From: Marsupella aquatica
Lineage: Eukaryota; Plantae; Marchantiophyta
Reading direction: 5' to 3'
DNA: 64,000 nt
NCBI GenBank assembly: GCA_973895155.1
Contig: OZ316896.1
Location: 3,882,738 to 3,946,737, forward strand
In this document: piece by piece, positions 40,800-53,506 of the stretch
Layout of the letters: each line of letters starts with the position of its first letter
Numbering within the stretch: position 1 is the first letter of the stretch
Notes under the pieces: generated by a model
Databases searched by the model: none
Seen by the model: only the letters and a program-made list of their open reading frames with translations
Told to the model about the DNA's origin: nothing
Made by a program: the position numbers and the translations under genes

Positions 40800-42105
40800 T
40801 TTAGTAAGTGTTTCAAATGGTCAAATTTGGAAGCATGCTCCTGTATTCATGCATACTTTCTTTGCCCAACAAGATTCCACACACCCTGGTGTAAGAGCCA
40901 ATGAGAGGAGATTGAATGTAAAGATGTAAAGAGTGATCTTAGGTAAGTCTTTTTTGGGGTTTTCTCCTTGGTTGAAGGGCGATCCTACACACCCTGGTGT
41001 AAGAGCCAATGAAAGGAGATTGAATGTAAAGATGTAAATAGTGATCTTAGGTAAGTCATTTTTGGGGGTTTTCTCCTTGGTTGAACGGCGCTATTTTGGG
41101 AGGTATGTTAGTATCATTTTATAACTATGGATTAATTTGCAGCAGTTGTAGAGTGAGACTGAGAATGTGAACTGAGTGAGACTGAAAATCAGCGTGGTTT
41201 GCAGAAACAAGCCAGGTAGAAACGACCTGCCAAACAGAAATTTTGAATGGAACATGGGGGCGTTGAGGAAACAGTATGATTGTTTACAAACCTCTGCCTA
41301 GTTGTGGGGTCTAAAATACATGCCTTAATGACATGCTTTAATGCTCCATGCCTAAAAGCACTTTATGCTCTGGCTATACTACGTAAGCTAGCTCGTGTAC
41401 TATACCTTGTATTTTATTGTAAAAGCAATGTTGGGTACCCATATGAGTCAATCCAAGAGTCTCAAATAACCCTACCCTAGATAGTATCTTACAGTAGAAC
41501 GTTTCACTCGTTTAAATCCCTATTTCTCCTAGCAGTCTCAATATTGTATTTAAAAGCCATTTTATTCTCGTACACAAAATTTAAAAGTATTCTACTCTTT
41601 ATTGGAAAGACTTCCAGGAAAAGGTTGTGTTTTAAAACACCAAATTTGGAGTATCTCCAGAATATGTCCAATTAAGGTAGTAAAGGTAATAATTCAAAAC
41701 CAAAAAACAAAAATTCTTAAGTTTTATGGTTTGAGCCTGCCGAACATTGTAGGTGATGGGGTTTCCATATAGTGCCCCTGCCACCATGGCCTGTCTTGCC
41801 TCCATACTTATGTGCCCCATCTCTTCTCAACACCACTTTCATAACAACAATATAAGCCAAGATGACAATTTCTCCAGAGTAACAAACCTCCAAAGTAAAC
41901 TTCCCCTGACTCCAATAACTGTTGCCTGTTCAAGTTCATTCACGTGGTGATTCACAATATAAGCTAAGATGACAATTTCTCCAGAGTAACAAACCTCCAA
42001 AGTGAACTTCCCTCGACTCCAATAACTGTTGCCTGTTCAAGTTCATTCACGTGGTGAGAATCAGTGACCACTACATTACCTTACTAGCAACAGCAAGGTG
42101 AGATC

Positions 42106-42874
42106 TGTGACCCAGCATCGCACCAGCTAGCCCACGAGCTTTGAAGCTAGAGCTCAATAGGCCGTGTTGGACTGGATCTCAGTTACATTGAAGTGGAATC
42201 CGTCCTTCGGAACTTCTCTTTTCTGAATTCAGTAGAGATTCAAAGTTCTTTGGGCGAGGACACAGAGTGCTACGAAGTTTAAAGTTTGAGCAAATTCTGA
42301 GAGGTCACAAAGATGTCGCTCACGGGGGGAAATCCGGTGCTCAAGGCACTGGATAAGCGAAGACGCAGACGTATCATTTCAAGGCGATTGTGATCGCCGG
42401 TATGGGCTTTTTCACCGACGCTTACGATCTGTTCGTGATTTCCATCCTCACCAAGCTTCTCGGTCGTCTCTACTCTTTCGACCCTTCCACTCCCGAGGTA
42501 ATAGGGACTCTTCCCGTCAACGCAATGCCGCAGTGGTTGGTGTGGCGCTGTGCGGGACTCTTGCCGGTCAGCTCTTCTTCGGGGCGGAAGAAGATGTATG
42601 GAATTACATTGGCGCTCATGGTAATCGCTTCCCTCGGTCAAGGTCTGTCGATGGGGAGCTCCGCCACTGGCGTGCTAGCCACCCTCTGCTTCTTCCGATT
42701 CTGGCTCGGGTTCGGCATAGGCGGAGGTAATCCGTTGTCAGCCACAAAATTGAGTGAGTACTCCAACACGAAGACTCGAGGTGCCTTCGTTGCTTCTGTG
42801 TTCGCCATGCAGGGAGTTGGAATTCTCACAGGAGTTGCGATGTCCATGAGCGCTCTGTAGAGAGTCTACAGAAT
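42106..42874 (+). pseudogene. PHT1: PHT1 pseudogene (part of 5'UTR intron plus 5' CDS, frameshifted, ~490-bp internal deletion)
   Basis: Matches 28384-29140, then jumps to ~29628-29661. [13 protein letters not shown] has become [13 protein letters not shown]. Retained intron sequence indicates DNA-level duplication. Confidence 0.95.
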
Positions 42875-45800
42875 CCATGATGTCAAATCAATGATGTCAA
42901 CAAGAATGTAGCTCGATCCATCTATCGATCTGTTCCAAGAGAATGTGCTCAATGTACAAGATCCAAAGAAAAGTAAGGACGAGTGACCCAGTTCTATCAG
43001 TGCATTTGAAGTATTGTGACTAATTCAGAGGTACTCGTCTTTACTTTTCTTCAGGTCATGTACGAATTGTGCAAGACAGTTGGTCGCCAGCCGTCGCGCG
43101 TGCAAAATGGAACAAAACCAACCTCATTCCGACAAAATGTTCAGACCCTGCAATCACCACACTACCAAGATGAGTATCTTCTGGATCTGGTCTCCAATGG
43201 AGTCCTGGAGAGAGTGTCCTTGGACACAGATCTCACCTTGCTGTTGCTAGTACGTCTATCCGCAAGGCAATGGAGTGGTCACTGATTCTCACCACGTGAA
43301 TGAACTTGAACAGGCAGCTCGTCTTTTCCCATCGACAGCGTGCAGAAGAGCTCCTCAAACTCACACAATCACATGTCACAAATACTTGTGGAGACGTACA
43401 CAACAGGAGACTTGCAGCGACTTGTGGTGGAATTCTTCGAAGGTGCGTCTCTTGAAATACTCGACCGCCCTCCCGGTCCCGGGAATGTCTCTTAATTCCT
43501 GGCAATGTCGCAAAGAACCACGTGCGAAGCAGTCAAGTGGCCGGGTCGGGGCTCAAGATTGAATAAGATTGTGAGACTATTCACATCTAGGCCAGCCCTG
43601 CGAATCATACTTTTCTTTAGATCATTAGAGTACTTTCTTCCCAGCCATGCCATGATCGTCGACCGGATCACAAAACGCACAGAACAAAGATCCCACAGGC
43701 TGGGCCACAACGTCGTTCAGAATTCCCACATCGTATTGTTCCCACAGCTCTTATGGGAAAGCGCCCACAGAAAGGTTCGTCGGGAATAAAATGTTCAGAA
43801 ATGTTTCTCTCGCGATCGCCCGGTTATCTTGGGATATCCCGATGGGCCCACAGTATATACAGTAGCCTATCGCCATCCTCTGATTAAGAAACCATAAGAT
43901 AACCCTTGTCGAAGGCAATGATTGACACAAGCCTACCTCCCAGGATAATTAATATTATGAAATCATTGCCAAGCCAGGAGAACCGATTCGGTCAAAACTA
44001 ACATGAGTGACCCTTTAGGAGGGAATTAACGCATTTGACTGTTCACTAGTTTCTCTCTACTTGGAGAGACCCAACTACCCCTCGTTCCCAATCGCCTCTC
44101 ATCACAACACTCTAACAGTCGAACTCCCCAGCCTTCTCCGTTTCTAAAACTTTTTGGCCTCGATTGAGATCACAACGGATTAGGACATGATCAACCAATG
44201 AACCCACTCGTAACTAACCTACATTGCCTGACAAGTGACGACTAGTCGAGCAGACAAGAAGTTGACAGAACCGACAATTCCAGAATGAATCCTGACTTGA
44301 GGGGAACACTACTTGCGTCTATAGCTCAACGTGGGATTATGTGTGCTCCACAGTCATAGCAGTTTCACAGGGTAACGCTCTGCATCCTAGTTACTTGACA
44401 ATAAATACCGGAGTACAAAGAGCAGCTAATCATCGAGTTATGAGCTGAGAATAGTTCCAATCAGGTATGAACTGAGAATACTTCCAATCCGGATGCTTGT
44501 ACAATTAGACATCTCGCATGTGGTGTCTTCACCCACTCCCCAGAGTACCTACAGATCGGGGTGTCTTGTTGCTGCTAAGTACAAAAGCTATGGCTGGAAC
44601 GGGCCAAAAGTCCTCCCAACGCTGAAAACGTGAAGTGGACCAGGTCGTGGCTCGACAAACCGACCTGCTCCCTGTCCTGCAGTGCCGACGTGCTCTCTCG
44701 TGACCTCCCGATTCCTTGTCCTTCACCCTGGCCAGAGCTTTCCAGAATTAAGAACTCTAATGAGATGTGTGTACCTAACAGTACTGCCTTTCTATCTCAC
44801 AATGCACATTAAATGAGTGACGTCTGAGATTCCATCGTAGCCATTAACTTTGAAATGAATGGTGAAGATCAAGCCAACAAACTGCATAACTGTAGGGCAT
44901 TAATACCTGAGTGAAAATGGAGATCATTCCAGGCACTAATGCACTTTATAGTTGCTCTGGCCGTGCCAGAAGTTGGTTCTGAAACCTTGAGTTGTTCTCC
45001 ACTTTACTCCGTCTTTAATGTTGAGACGAGTACTACACGCTGTGATTGCTTTGTGATTTTTAATGGACTGGTGACCGAGCTGGTGACGAAAAACCTTTCC
45101 AATGTGAAAAGGAGATCTTCATCTGCAATAAGATTTCTTGTTTTCTTTTTCAACCCAAAAAGTAGCATGGTCTAGCTATTGTGGATCTTCGACGGTGTGA
45201 ATCAATTCTAATCGGTGACGTGATTGTGAGCAGTCAAGACAATCAACTTTTTGCTGAAATGGGAAGCAAACCGATAAACGAACAACATTTTATCAACACT
45301 TTTCTATTCTTTGGGGCAAAATGAACGATCTGCTAGAGAGATCTGATCGATACTGTCAGGGAGATGAACATTGAGATGGCAGGCACATTTGATGAGACCG
45401 GAGCGGGGCTGGTCCTCTGCCCACTTCTCCGCAGAGGTGGGCCTCATCAAGAATGATATCGCTCAAATTCGCAAAAGAGCCTCAAAAGGCTACAACACGC
45501 GCACGACGAGGCCAGTGCAAAGGCCATGAAAGCTTAGGGCTGTCTTGCATGTGCAAGAGTCCTCAAAAAAGCGGCCCTAACCAGCCCAGGATAATACCTG
45601 CTATTTTGTTTTATTACGTTTTAAAGTTTCGGGACCTCAAGGGCCGGAAATTTTCCGGCCCTTGCCCTTGTATTTCCACAAACGACGCCATCAGGACTGC
45701 CGCCCTCTCGCTGCCTCAACTCATGACACGAGTTCATTTTAGGGACGATTGCAAAGGACCACCGACATGCAAGATGGCCCTTAGATTGAAACAGCGAATG

Positions 45801-48340
45801 AAAAACGAGATTGATTCAGACGTCAGTAAGGTGGCTCAAGGTATCCATTCCAGTAAAATTTGGGGCCCTTCACATTAATCGAAGCGAGTAAAGAGCTGAT
45901 ATCCGAACTCCAGATATTGCGGTAAGAATTCTCCCAAAGGTATCGGCAAGTTGTGGAAAGACGTGTTTCTATTATTGTGACGGGATAGAAGGCAGATGAG
46001 CCTATTATCAGTCAGTCAATTCATAGAAGCTGGAAACAGTGACCAAATCTTTCTGAATTAAAGCAATTCCTGAGCAAGGGCCAGGACAGAATGAGTCTGG
46101 ATACAATGTCTGAAAATTCAGGAGCGTCATGATGCTGTCAAGGCCATGATTGAGAAAAAAGCTCTGACTTGGACTTTCTGTCATAGCATGTTTGGACCAT
46201 AGCATCTTAGGTGCTTGATAAGAAGAAGGAAAGCAGGTAAACAAAGCACTGAAGCACTTGCAATGAACAAAAAATATCTCCCAAAGAACAAAATGAGCCA
46301 ATCCTGGGACTGATCCAATGGCAGGGACTCATCCAAAATGGCAAGAGACCCGGTAGGGCTTCTCTACCTCTCGTTTTTGGCTCAGGTAACAGTCACACAT
46401 GTTTTCCGTGAAGCCAAGTGGTACACTTGCAAATACATGGTTTACCACTTGTGAGCAAAGTCCCACACCCATAAGTTTGGGCTGGGCATTTTTTGGATTT
46501 TTTTCACAGCACTTCAGGTTTGAAATGCCCTAATGAAGAGAAAGACCCCAGGAAGACCAAAAAGCCCAAGACCCCATATAAGAGTCCCTCACAACAGCAA
46601 ATTACATCTTACTTATAAAGCGCAAACAAAAGCTAGAGATGGGGTCTAGATTTCTAGAGTGAATCTTCTAGATTGTAACTCCACATGAAGAGAAAACTTA
46701 GTGAATACCAAAAACCCAGATGGGGGCAAAGGTGATTGTGGAAAAACATAGATCATTTTGTAGCTTATTTAAAGTTTTTTTTAATCTCTATTAATATTCA
46801 AATAATAGGCATTCAGACTCATACTCCCAAAGCTTTCATTGCAGTAAATGGGTCACAAAGAGGAACCTATCTAGAGACCCTAAACTAATATTCTTGGCCC
46901 TACAAAAGAATAGTGAATGTACTCTGTACTAGACAGTGCTAAAGACACAAGAAGGTGGTGAGAACATAAACTAGGAGATAAGGCCTCTGCTACACAAAAA
47001 AAACCTGTAGGAAATAGTCAAATGTAGAGCCCAGTCCTCAAGAACTCCAAAGCAAGCAGGTAGGATAGGTCAACATTTTCCTTTTCCTAAAAACTAATTT
47101 GACTACCAGGTTTCCCTTAATTTGTATGTGAGATGGTGGTTTAACCAAACTATACTAATCAGAGATGGCCAGTCATTGTCCAGGACAAATGGACTCTCAA
47201 AAGTGGTGGTTGGTTGGACATGCCAAGTTTTTTGTTTTCTAGTTTTGCACAAGATGCCCCCATGGCATGTAAGACTGTCTGGATAGAATCAGAGAGGGTG
47301 CAGTCTATTGATGTAAATAGAAACTACTCTAGAAAACTAGCAAACAGTGTTACTTGCTCAGATTCCATCCGAGTTGCAAAAGTCCATCCAGGCATTTGGA
47401 CAAGGCTAGACGGATGCCACACGGGCTTCTTTTTCAACATTTCACCATTTAGAGAAACTGCATTTGAGAGGAACAGCATACATTGACTTTAGGTAGCTTG
47501 TGAAGGGAGGGCAAAACCTAGAGCACAGTTGGTCAGCATGCAAGAAAAAAGAGAAAAGAAATAATCCCTAGCCAAGAGGCCATTGCCAGTAGATACACTG
47601 TGTTTTACCATAGTAGATCTTGGTTTTAGTGTCTTTGGCTTTACTTGCCTTTGGCTTTTGCCCTGGTCTTTCTGGCTTTTTGGCCCTTTCTTTTTTCTCC
47701 CTTGATTGGGTGTTCGGCCTGAGAGATAATGTCTCCCGGTTGGGGGCCTTCTGTTTTTTTGGCAATTTCAAATATATTCTTGGTTAAGGATTGAAGATCG
47801 AAACTTTCATACAGGGGGGGACTTTGAGGGCTTCTCACATGTTGGACTGAATGAAGGAGGGCCCCTTTATCAATGAGTTTCAAATGCTAGTAAGGCAATC
47901 TCTCAAAGCAACTTACTACAACTAACAGAAGTATTCAGAACCGGAATTTAACAGTCCCACTGTGCTTAACAATCTGTTCCACTAGTTTATGCCATGGCCA
48001 CTGAGCACCCTTGTGATTGACTTGGTTCCTAGGAGTGTATTTGCATTCACTGAGTTGCTCAATCTTTACCTTGAAACATCCAGTCAAAGTCCATTAAATC
48101 AGGCAGCATACAACAGGGTGGCCCATGAAAAGGGGGACAAAATTGAAAGGAGACTAGAGGTCAAAGTGACAGAAGCAGAAGGGACCGCGCCAAGATACAG
48201 GCTAGGCCTCAACAGAGAGACAGCTAAACACAATGCTAAACTAAGTGCGTGCAGAGGGGGAGGGGGGGGGGGGCGGACAGGCAGCACACTCCTTAAGACC
48301 TGCCAGTGAAAGCAGCCTCGACAAGGGGCCACCCAGGGGG

Positions 48341-48540
48341 TCCGTGATGAAAAATAACCTTGTCAATCTATCTACAAGTCAAACACTACCAAGCAACCTA
48401 TAATTTGTCCGTGATGAAAAATGACCTTTTCAATCTATCTACAAGTCAAACACTACCAAGCAACCTATAATTTGTCCGTGATGAAAAATGACCTTTTCAA
48501 TCTATCTACAAGTCAAACACTACCAAGCAACCTATAATTC
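48341..48540 (+). repeat. ~67-bp tandem repeat x3
   Basis: TCCGTGATGAAAAATrACCTTkTCAATCTATCTACAAGTCAAACACTACCAAGCAACCTATAATTTG. Confidence 0.92.
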
Positions 48541-48927
48541 ACTGAGTTGCTCGATCTTGTATTGTTGGGTTCATTGTTTAATACATGGGCACTCCACCTT
48601 CTAGTCAACATAGATTTTTCTCTTTACATAGGCAAGGAGGTGGCTGCCTTAAATGCCAGAAGGGTAACCTTGCCAACTTGCTGGTTCAAAGTCCCTTTGA
48701 AAGCACACCCAAGTCACCTACATTGTTCACCGCTATTAGTTTAATGTAAGAATAAATGTTACCTCAAAACTAATGAAAACCACCCTAATTTTGGTGAATG
48801 CAATCTCAAGGTAAAATCTCATGGGGTCCAATCTCTCGTGTTAGATCCCAAAACTATCTTCACCAAAACTAGTGAGGATGACACTAATGGCATGACAGAA
48901 GAGTGTACTAGGACTCTAGGCTCGTAA

Positions 48928-49110
48928 ACACAGTAGTCGTTCAACTGTACTTCAAACAAGTTATGAGTAAATAACTTTGATTGGGGTTACACAGTGCTAG
49001 TTCAACTGCACTTCAAACAAGTTAAAACTAAGTAACTTTGATTGGGGATACATAGTGCTAGTTCAACTGTACTTCAAACAAGTTAAAACTAAGTAACTTT
49101 GATTGGGGTT
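48928..49110 (+). repeat. ~61-bp tandem repeat x3
   Basis: GTTCAACTGyACTTCAAACAAGTTA...TAACTTTGATTGGGG repeated three times. Confidence 0.9.
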
Positions 49111-49680
49111 TTGGCCTGAGGGCCTTCTGTTTTGTTCGGGTTTTTCTTGGCAGTGTGAAATACCCTTTCTCATTTTATAGACACAACTTTACCCATATTT
49201 TTATAGTATTAGCAAGCACTCAAATACTTTGGCAGTAGCTTCATGATAGTAACTAGTGAGGACAACTGCTATATTTTTCTATTTTTGTAAGACTTTTTAA
49301 ATAGTTTCCCTCAAAAACATTTATTTCAGTGAGGACAATTATTAGCTACTTTCTGGTGGCTGCATGTGAGTAACGGAACTGCGGAAACTATTTGAAACAG
49401 TTAATGTACGCCTGGAAAATGGATCTGGTCACATATCCTGCCATTTTTAGTTGCATACAAATTTCCTTATTTAGCAATCAAGTGTATGGCAGGAAATTTC
49501 TCCAATTGACTCGAATGAATTTCCCCTCGTGCGTCACATGGGTACTCTCGTTTGATTCTATTCTATGTGCTTCATAAATGTATTGTAGTAAGTTGCCCAT
49601 TTTAATTCTTTGTGTTTGTCTTTTCTGGCCTCAATTTGGGTGTATGTTTCTTGCCAGATATTTTGAATACTACTCCAACG

Positions 49681-50559
49681 CTAGCCCAATCTCCCTCTGT
49701 TGCACATATTTTTCATACACGGTGAGACCAAAAAAAAATGCATAAGAGGAATAAATGGTTGTCCTATTGGCATGAATCACGTCTCACTTCAATGTCTGTG
49801 CAAGCACAAAAGATGTTGATGTGGAAAGGCTGTTGATGCGGAACAGATGTGGAAAAGATGTCGATGCAACCGATATGGTGGTTGATCGGAGGGTCATGGT
49901 TAGGTGCCCCGTACACAAACACAATACTCTCTATTCTGGAATGAGCACTCCAGGTCACCCAGAGTATTTAGATACCGATTTGTGGTGTAAAGGATGTTGT
50001 TGTGTAAAAACTGTTCTCATACAAAAGATGTTGATTCAAAAATTGTAGTTGTGTAAAAGTTGTCAATGTGCAAAAATTGTCAATGCGGAAAAGATGTTGC
50101 TATGTAAAACAAATCATAGTGCAAAAGATGTTGTGAAGGAAATCATTGAGGAGACAAATGTAACCTGGTTAACTTTTGACCCCTATATCCATGTGTCGCA
50201 CACTTGTCGTTGTGTTTGTGGTCAGGTTGTCAGTTGTGTTGTGGTTCCAAAAGTTAGTTGTGATTTCAAACTGGATTAATTGTCATTGAGGCTGCCAATG
50301 TGATTGTTGCAGAAATGTTGTTGTTCCAGCCATGTCATCTATGTAATCATGTTATGATTGGAAATCGTGTTTTGGTGCATGGTTGCTGGTGCGGCAATGT
50401 TCTCATTTTAGTCGATGTTGTTGTTGTTGTTGTTGTTGTTTTGTGAAAGTGATGTTATTGGGAAAGGCGAGGGCCAAGAGGAAGGAGGGCCCGAGACTCA
50501 TAAGAACATGGGGCATCTTGGGGTCCAGGTGGGGTTGTGCAATGCTATATGGAGAGAGA
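49681..50559 (-). mobile_element. Second, more decayed Helitron-like relic
   Basis: CTAGCCCAATCTCCCTCTGTTGCACA resembles CTAGCTCAATCCCCGTGCGTTGCACA at 1318. Similar AAAGATGTTG-rich interior and CAGGTGGGG...CTATAT...GAGA end. Confidence 0.35.
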
Positions 50560-52188
50560 ACATATAATTACCTTTTTTTGCATCCCTATCAAGTATTACA
50601 AGAGCCTGTATTGCATACCACATTACACCTGACCAAGAAGATTTGGAGCAAAATCCATGGCCACACCCAAAGTGCAACCAGAGCACAACAGTATAGTTAG
50701 GGCTTGAACTTGAGACGTGTTCAGGTACTGTCCCAGTAATTGCACATCAAAAACTAACACCCAGATACATATTTAGAATAACACTCACTGATTCAAATAT
50801 AATTATTGAGTTTATCATGGTGTAGAGTGACAATCGTGGTACACAACATATTGTTACATTTTGATGTGAAATTACTTGGAGGCAGGGAAGAGGAAACGTT
50901 TCTCACAAATCACTCATGGCCACTTGACCTGACCACCAGGTCCCACTGAAGTGATTAGTGTTATGCATGCAACTACTGTAGCACCATCATAAGCAGGTGC
51001 CAAGTAGACACCAAAAAGTCAACATTGTTTTTCCCAAAGTCGAACCCCATAAGGCCGGGTCTAGTGTTGCATTAGCCCCACCACTTTAAGCAACTTCCCT
51101 TTTTATAATGCAAACATGTAATCTATGGTTTTATATTCAATTGACAATGTCAAAGCTTCATTTTAGTCTCGTAAACTTTTGTACCTATCAACTCATGGAA
51201 CCCAAATATATAGCTTAAAACTGAACCAAACTTGTTTTGATGTGGAACAACTTTATCAAAACCAAACAATATGGGTTACCATTCTAGTAATAAAACGGTC
51301 TACAACCAGCTATGGCCAGCCTTTCAGTATATTTATTAGAACGTTTTAAAATCATCTTTGAGTACAGGCCTACAGGGCTCCAACCGAGGCTGCAACCAAA
51401 CCAATCAGAATTTTATGATTTTATTAAAGTTAAGAAAAACCGTTTAACAAATATCCACGAGTTTTATGAAAAGGTTTTAAACTTGAGTGAAAAAAAGAGG
51501 AGAATCAAACTTTTTAGTGACTCAACACAGAAAAGTGGGAAGCAATTTTTAAAATTTTTTATCAGCCTATCTTATAGGTCATGTAAAACTGTAGACCCTT
51601 GGCTACTATACAAGAGTTGTGTACCCAAGAGCCCCACTCCAATGCTCCAAAGAGTATCAACAACCAACAATGAAGGCAGGCTGGAGTTATGGCCATTACA
51701 GTTATGGCCAGTACAAAATACGGGCACAAGCATTGGGAAGCCTGGACCGGAGTTGTGGGCAAGATAAGGAAAACCAAGTGAGGTAGGTATGGGTGGCAAG
51801 TCCCCAGAGGCACTTACAACGGAAGTACATAAGCGATTCAAAGCTAAGTTTTCTTACACCAAGTCACAAATGGAACAGTGTTAGGAGGTTGGTTGATTTC
51901 CATCTGATGCTAAGTGGTAGCAATTGCAAGGCTCTGTGTCTCACCTCTTAGGGAACCTGCCGCTCAGGTTGGATTGAAGTGCCACCAGCCACACTTGGAC
52001 CGATAGTTGGTTGTTGGGTGTAATACACGGGTTGAAACCAGTGACAATGGTAATTTTCTTATTCTTAACCTGTAGAGCTTCCTTATTACAGGCTCATCAT
52101 GGAACAAACTTTGTTATCTTGTCGTGTGGCAAACTAAAAGGGAGAAAAAAATTTAAAATTATTCCTAAAGGTGAGAATAGGAACTTAA

Positions 52189-52548
52189 AGGCAGGATAGA
52201 CACAAACGTTTGTAGGGACAACCCGGATGGACATAGCCTGTTGACACTATAACACCAATCCCTAATGACACCCAAAATGGATTACAGGTGTCTTATGAAC
52301 AGAAGCTAACCGAGATTTAGAAATTAAGTTAAGTACGTTTTACCTCCTCCGTTGCTCCTGTCTGGACAGACTACAGGAAGAAACAACCAAAAACCTCCTG
52401 CTCCCGTTCAGACAGCTTTTTACAGGTCACCATTAAAGCACAAGTGAAAAGTGTGTTATACAAGCCCAATCTTAGGTTTCTTCTGTGTCCATCCAGGTTG
52501 TGTTTGTCCATCGGGGCTTTTTCTCAAACGTTTGTGTCTATCCCGGAT
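52189..52548. mobile_element. MITE, Tourist/PIF-Harbinger-like
   Basis: Imperfect TIRs AGGCAGGATAGACACAAACGTTTG ... CAAACGTTTGTGTCTATCCCGGAT, each flanked by TTAA; non-coding. Confidence 0.75.
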
Positions 52549-53420
52549 TTAAGATCTGAGAATATAGTTTTTAATTAGAACTCTGATCAAGTGGCAAAGT
52601 GAATTCAGTGCAAAAGATAATATCATGGCTCATCAATGAGCCTTGTACACTCAGTGCTTGCAGCCCTCTTCATTTACTGCCCGCAAGAAGGGAGCACCCG
52701 TGAAATTTTCTAAGTGTCAAAATCAATGAGCTTGCTCCAAAGTGGGATTTCCGTCAAATAAAGTTTATAGCTTACCAATTTCAACTACCCCTACTTGGCC
52801 CCGATCTGCTACTCTACCAAGAGGTATTGTATTATGTGAGCAAACAGGAATTTTGATACCAAGGAGACTCTGAGTGTTGTTAACCTCGTTGTTAGCAAGT
52901 CACTAGTGGTTATTAATTTCTTTTGACTTTGGTTGCCTCTTTTAATATTAGTAGTAACTGTTTTTTTGGACTCCAGATGGCGAGTCTGCTAGCCAAAAGA
53001 GGAGTCCCAACTAAAGTGGATGTTACCAACCAGGTCGTTGTTAGCGAGGCAGTTGGATATAGAAAAATAAGGGTCATACGAGTTTAAAAATTGCTCATGC
53101 GAGGATATTTTTTACTGTTTCCTTGCGAGCTACAATGACCCTTCTACCAATAACCTAGTGTTTCGTTCACATGTAGTCACATTTGCACCTTCTATTAATG
53201 TCAACATTGGACAGTGGCCACGGGCAGCAGCCTCCCTAGCCCGATGGGACAATGCATTAATATTAATGTGCATCAAGAGTGTCAATAGTACTACATGATC
53301 AAATTTTGGGCAAGTTGTCATTGGAAGTAATGATTAATGCTCTGCCTGCAGAATAATAATTAACGTCAACAATTGATCATCATATGAGGGGGGCTTTGCA
53401 AGATTATCAAGGCCATTTAG

Positions 53421-53506
53421 TGTCTCTCAAGGTATATGCTTGATGGGACCCCTGCCAAAACAAAGTCTCTCAAGGTATATGCTTGATGGGACCCTGCCAA
53501 AACAAA
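53421..53506 (+). repeat. ~43-bp tandem duplication
   Basis: GTCTCTCAAGGTATATGCTTGATGGGACCC(C)TGCCAAAACAAA x2. Confidence 0.9.

Larger units (their letters stand above)
38587..41905 (-). repeat. Right arm of the inverted duplication (chimeric)
   Basis: Inverted copies of 34086-34645, PHT1 29212-29763 and 34830-36280, with internal ~110-bp tandem duplications (40878-41088, ~41850-42056) and a solo LTR. Confidence 0.9.

Noticed and set aside
43016-44812. Coding-like fragments (e.g. ELRDIPGTGRAVEYFKRRTFEEFHHK on the minus strand)
   Set aside because: Multiple stops and no family recognised by eye.
47989-48309. AAYNRVAHEK as a LINE RT motif (KAYDRV)
   Set aside because: Single weak motif with no other RT motifs nearby.
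48341-49110. 67-bp and 61-bp periodic arrays as CRISPR arrays
   Set aside because: Whole units repeat with no unique spacers, there are no cas genes, and the context is eukaryotic.
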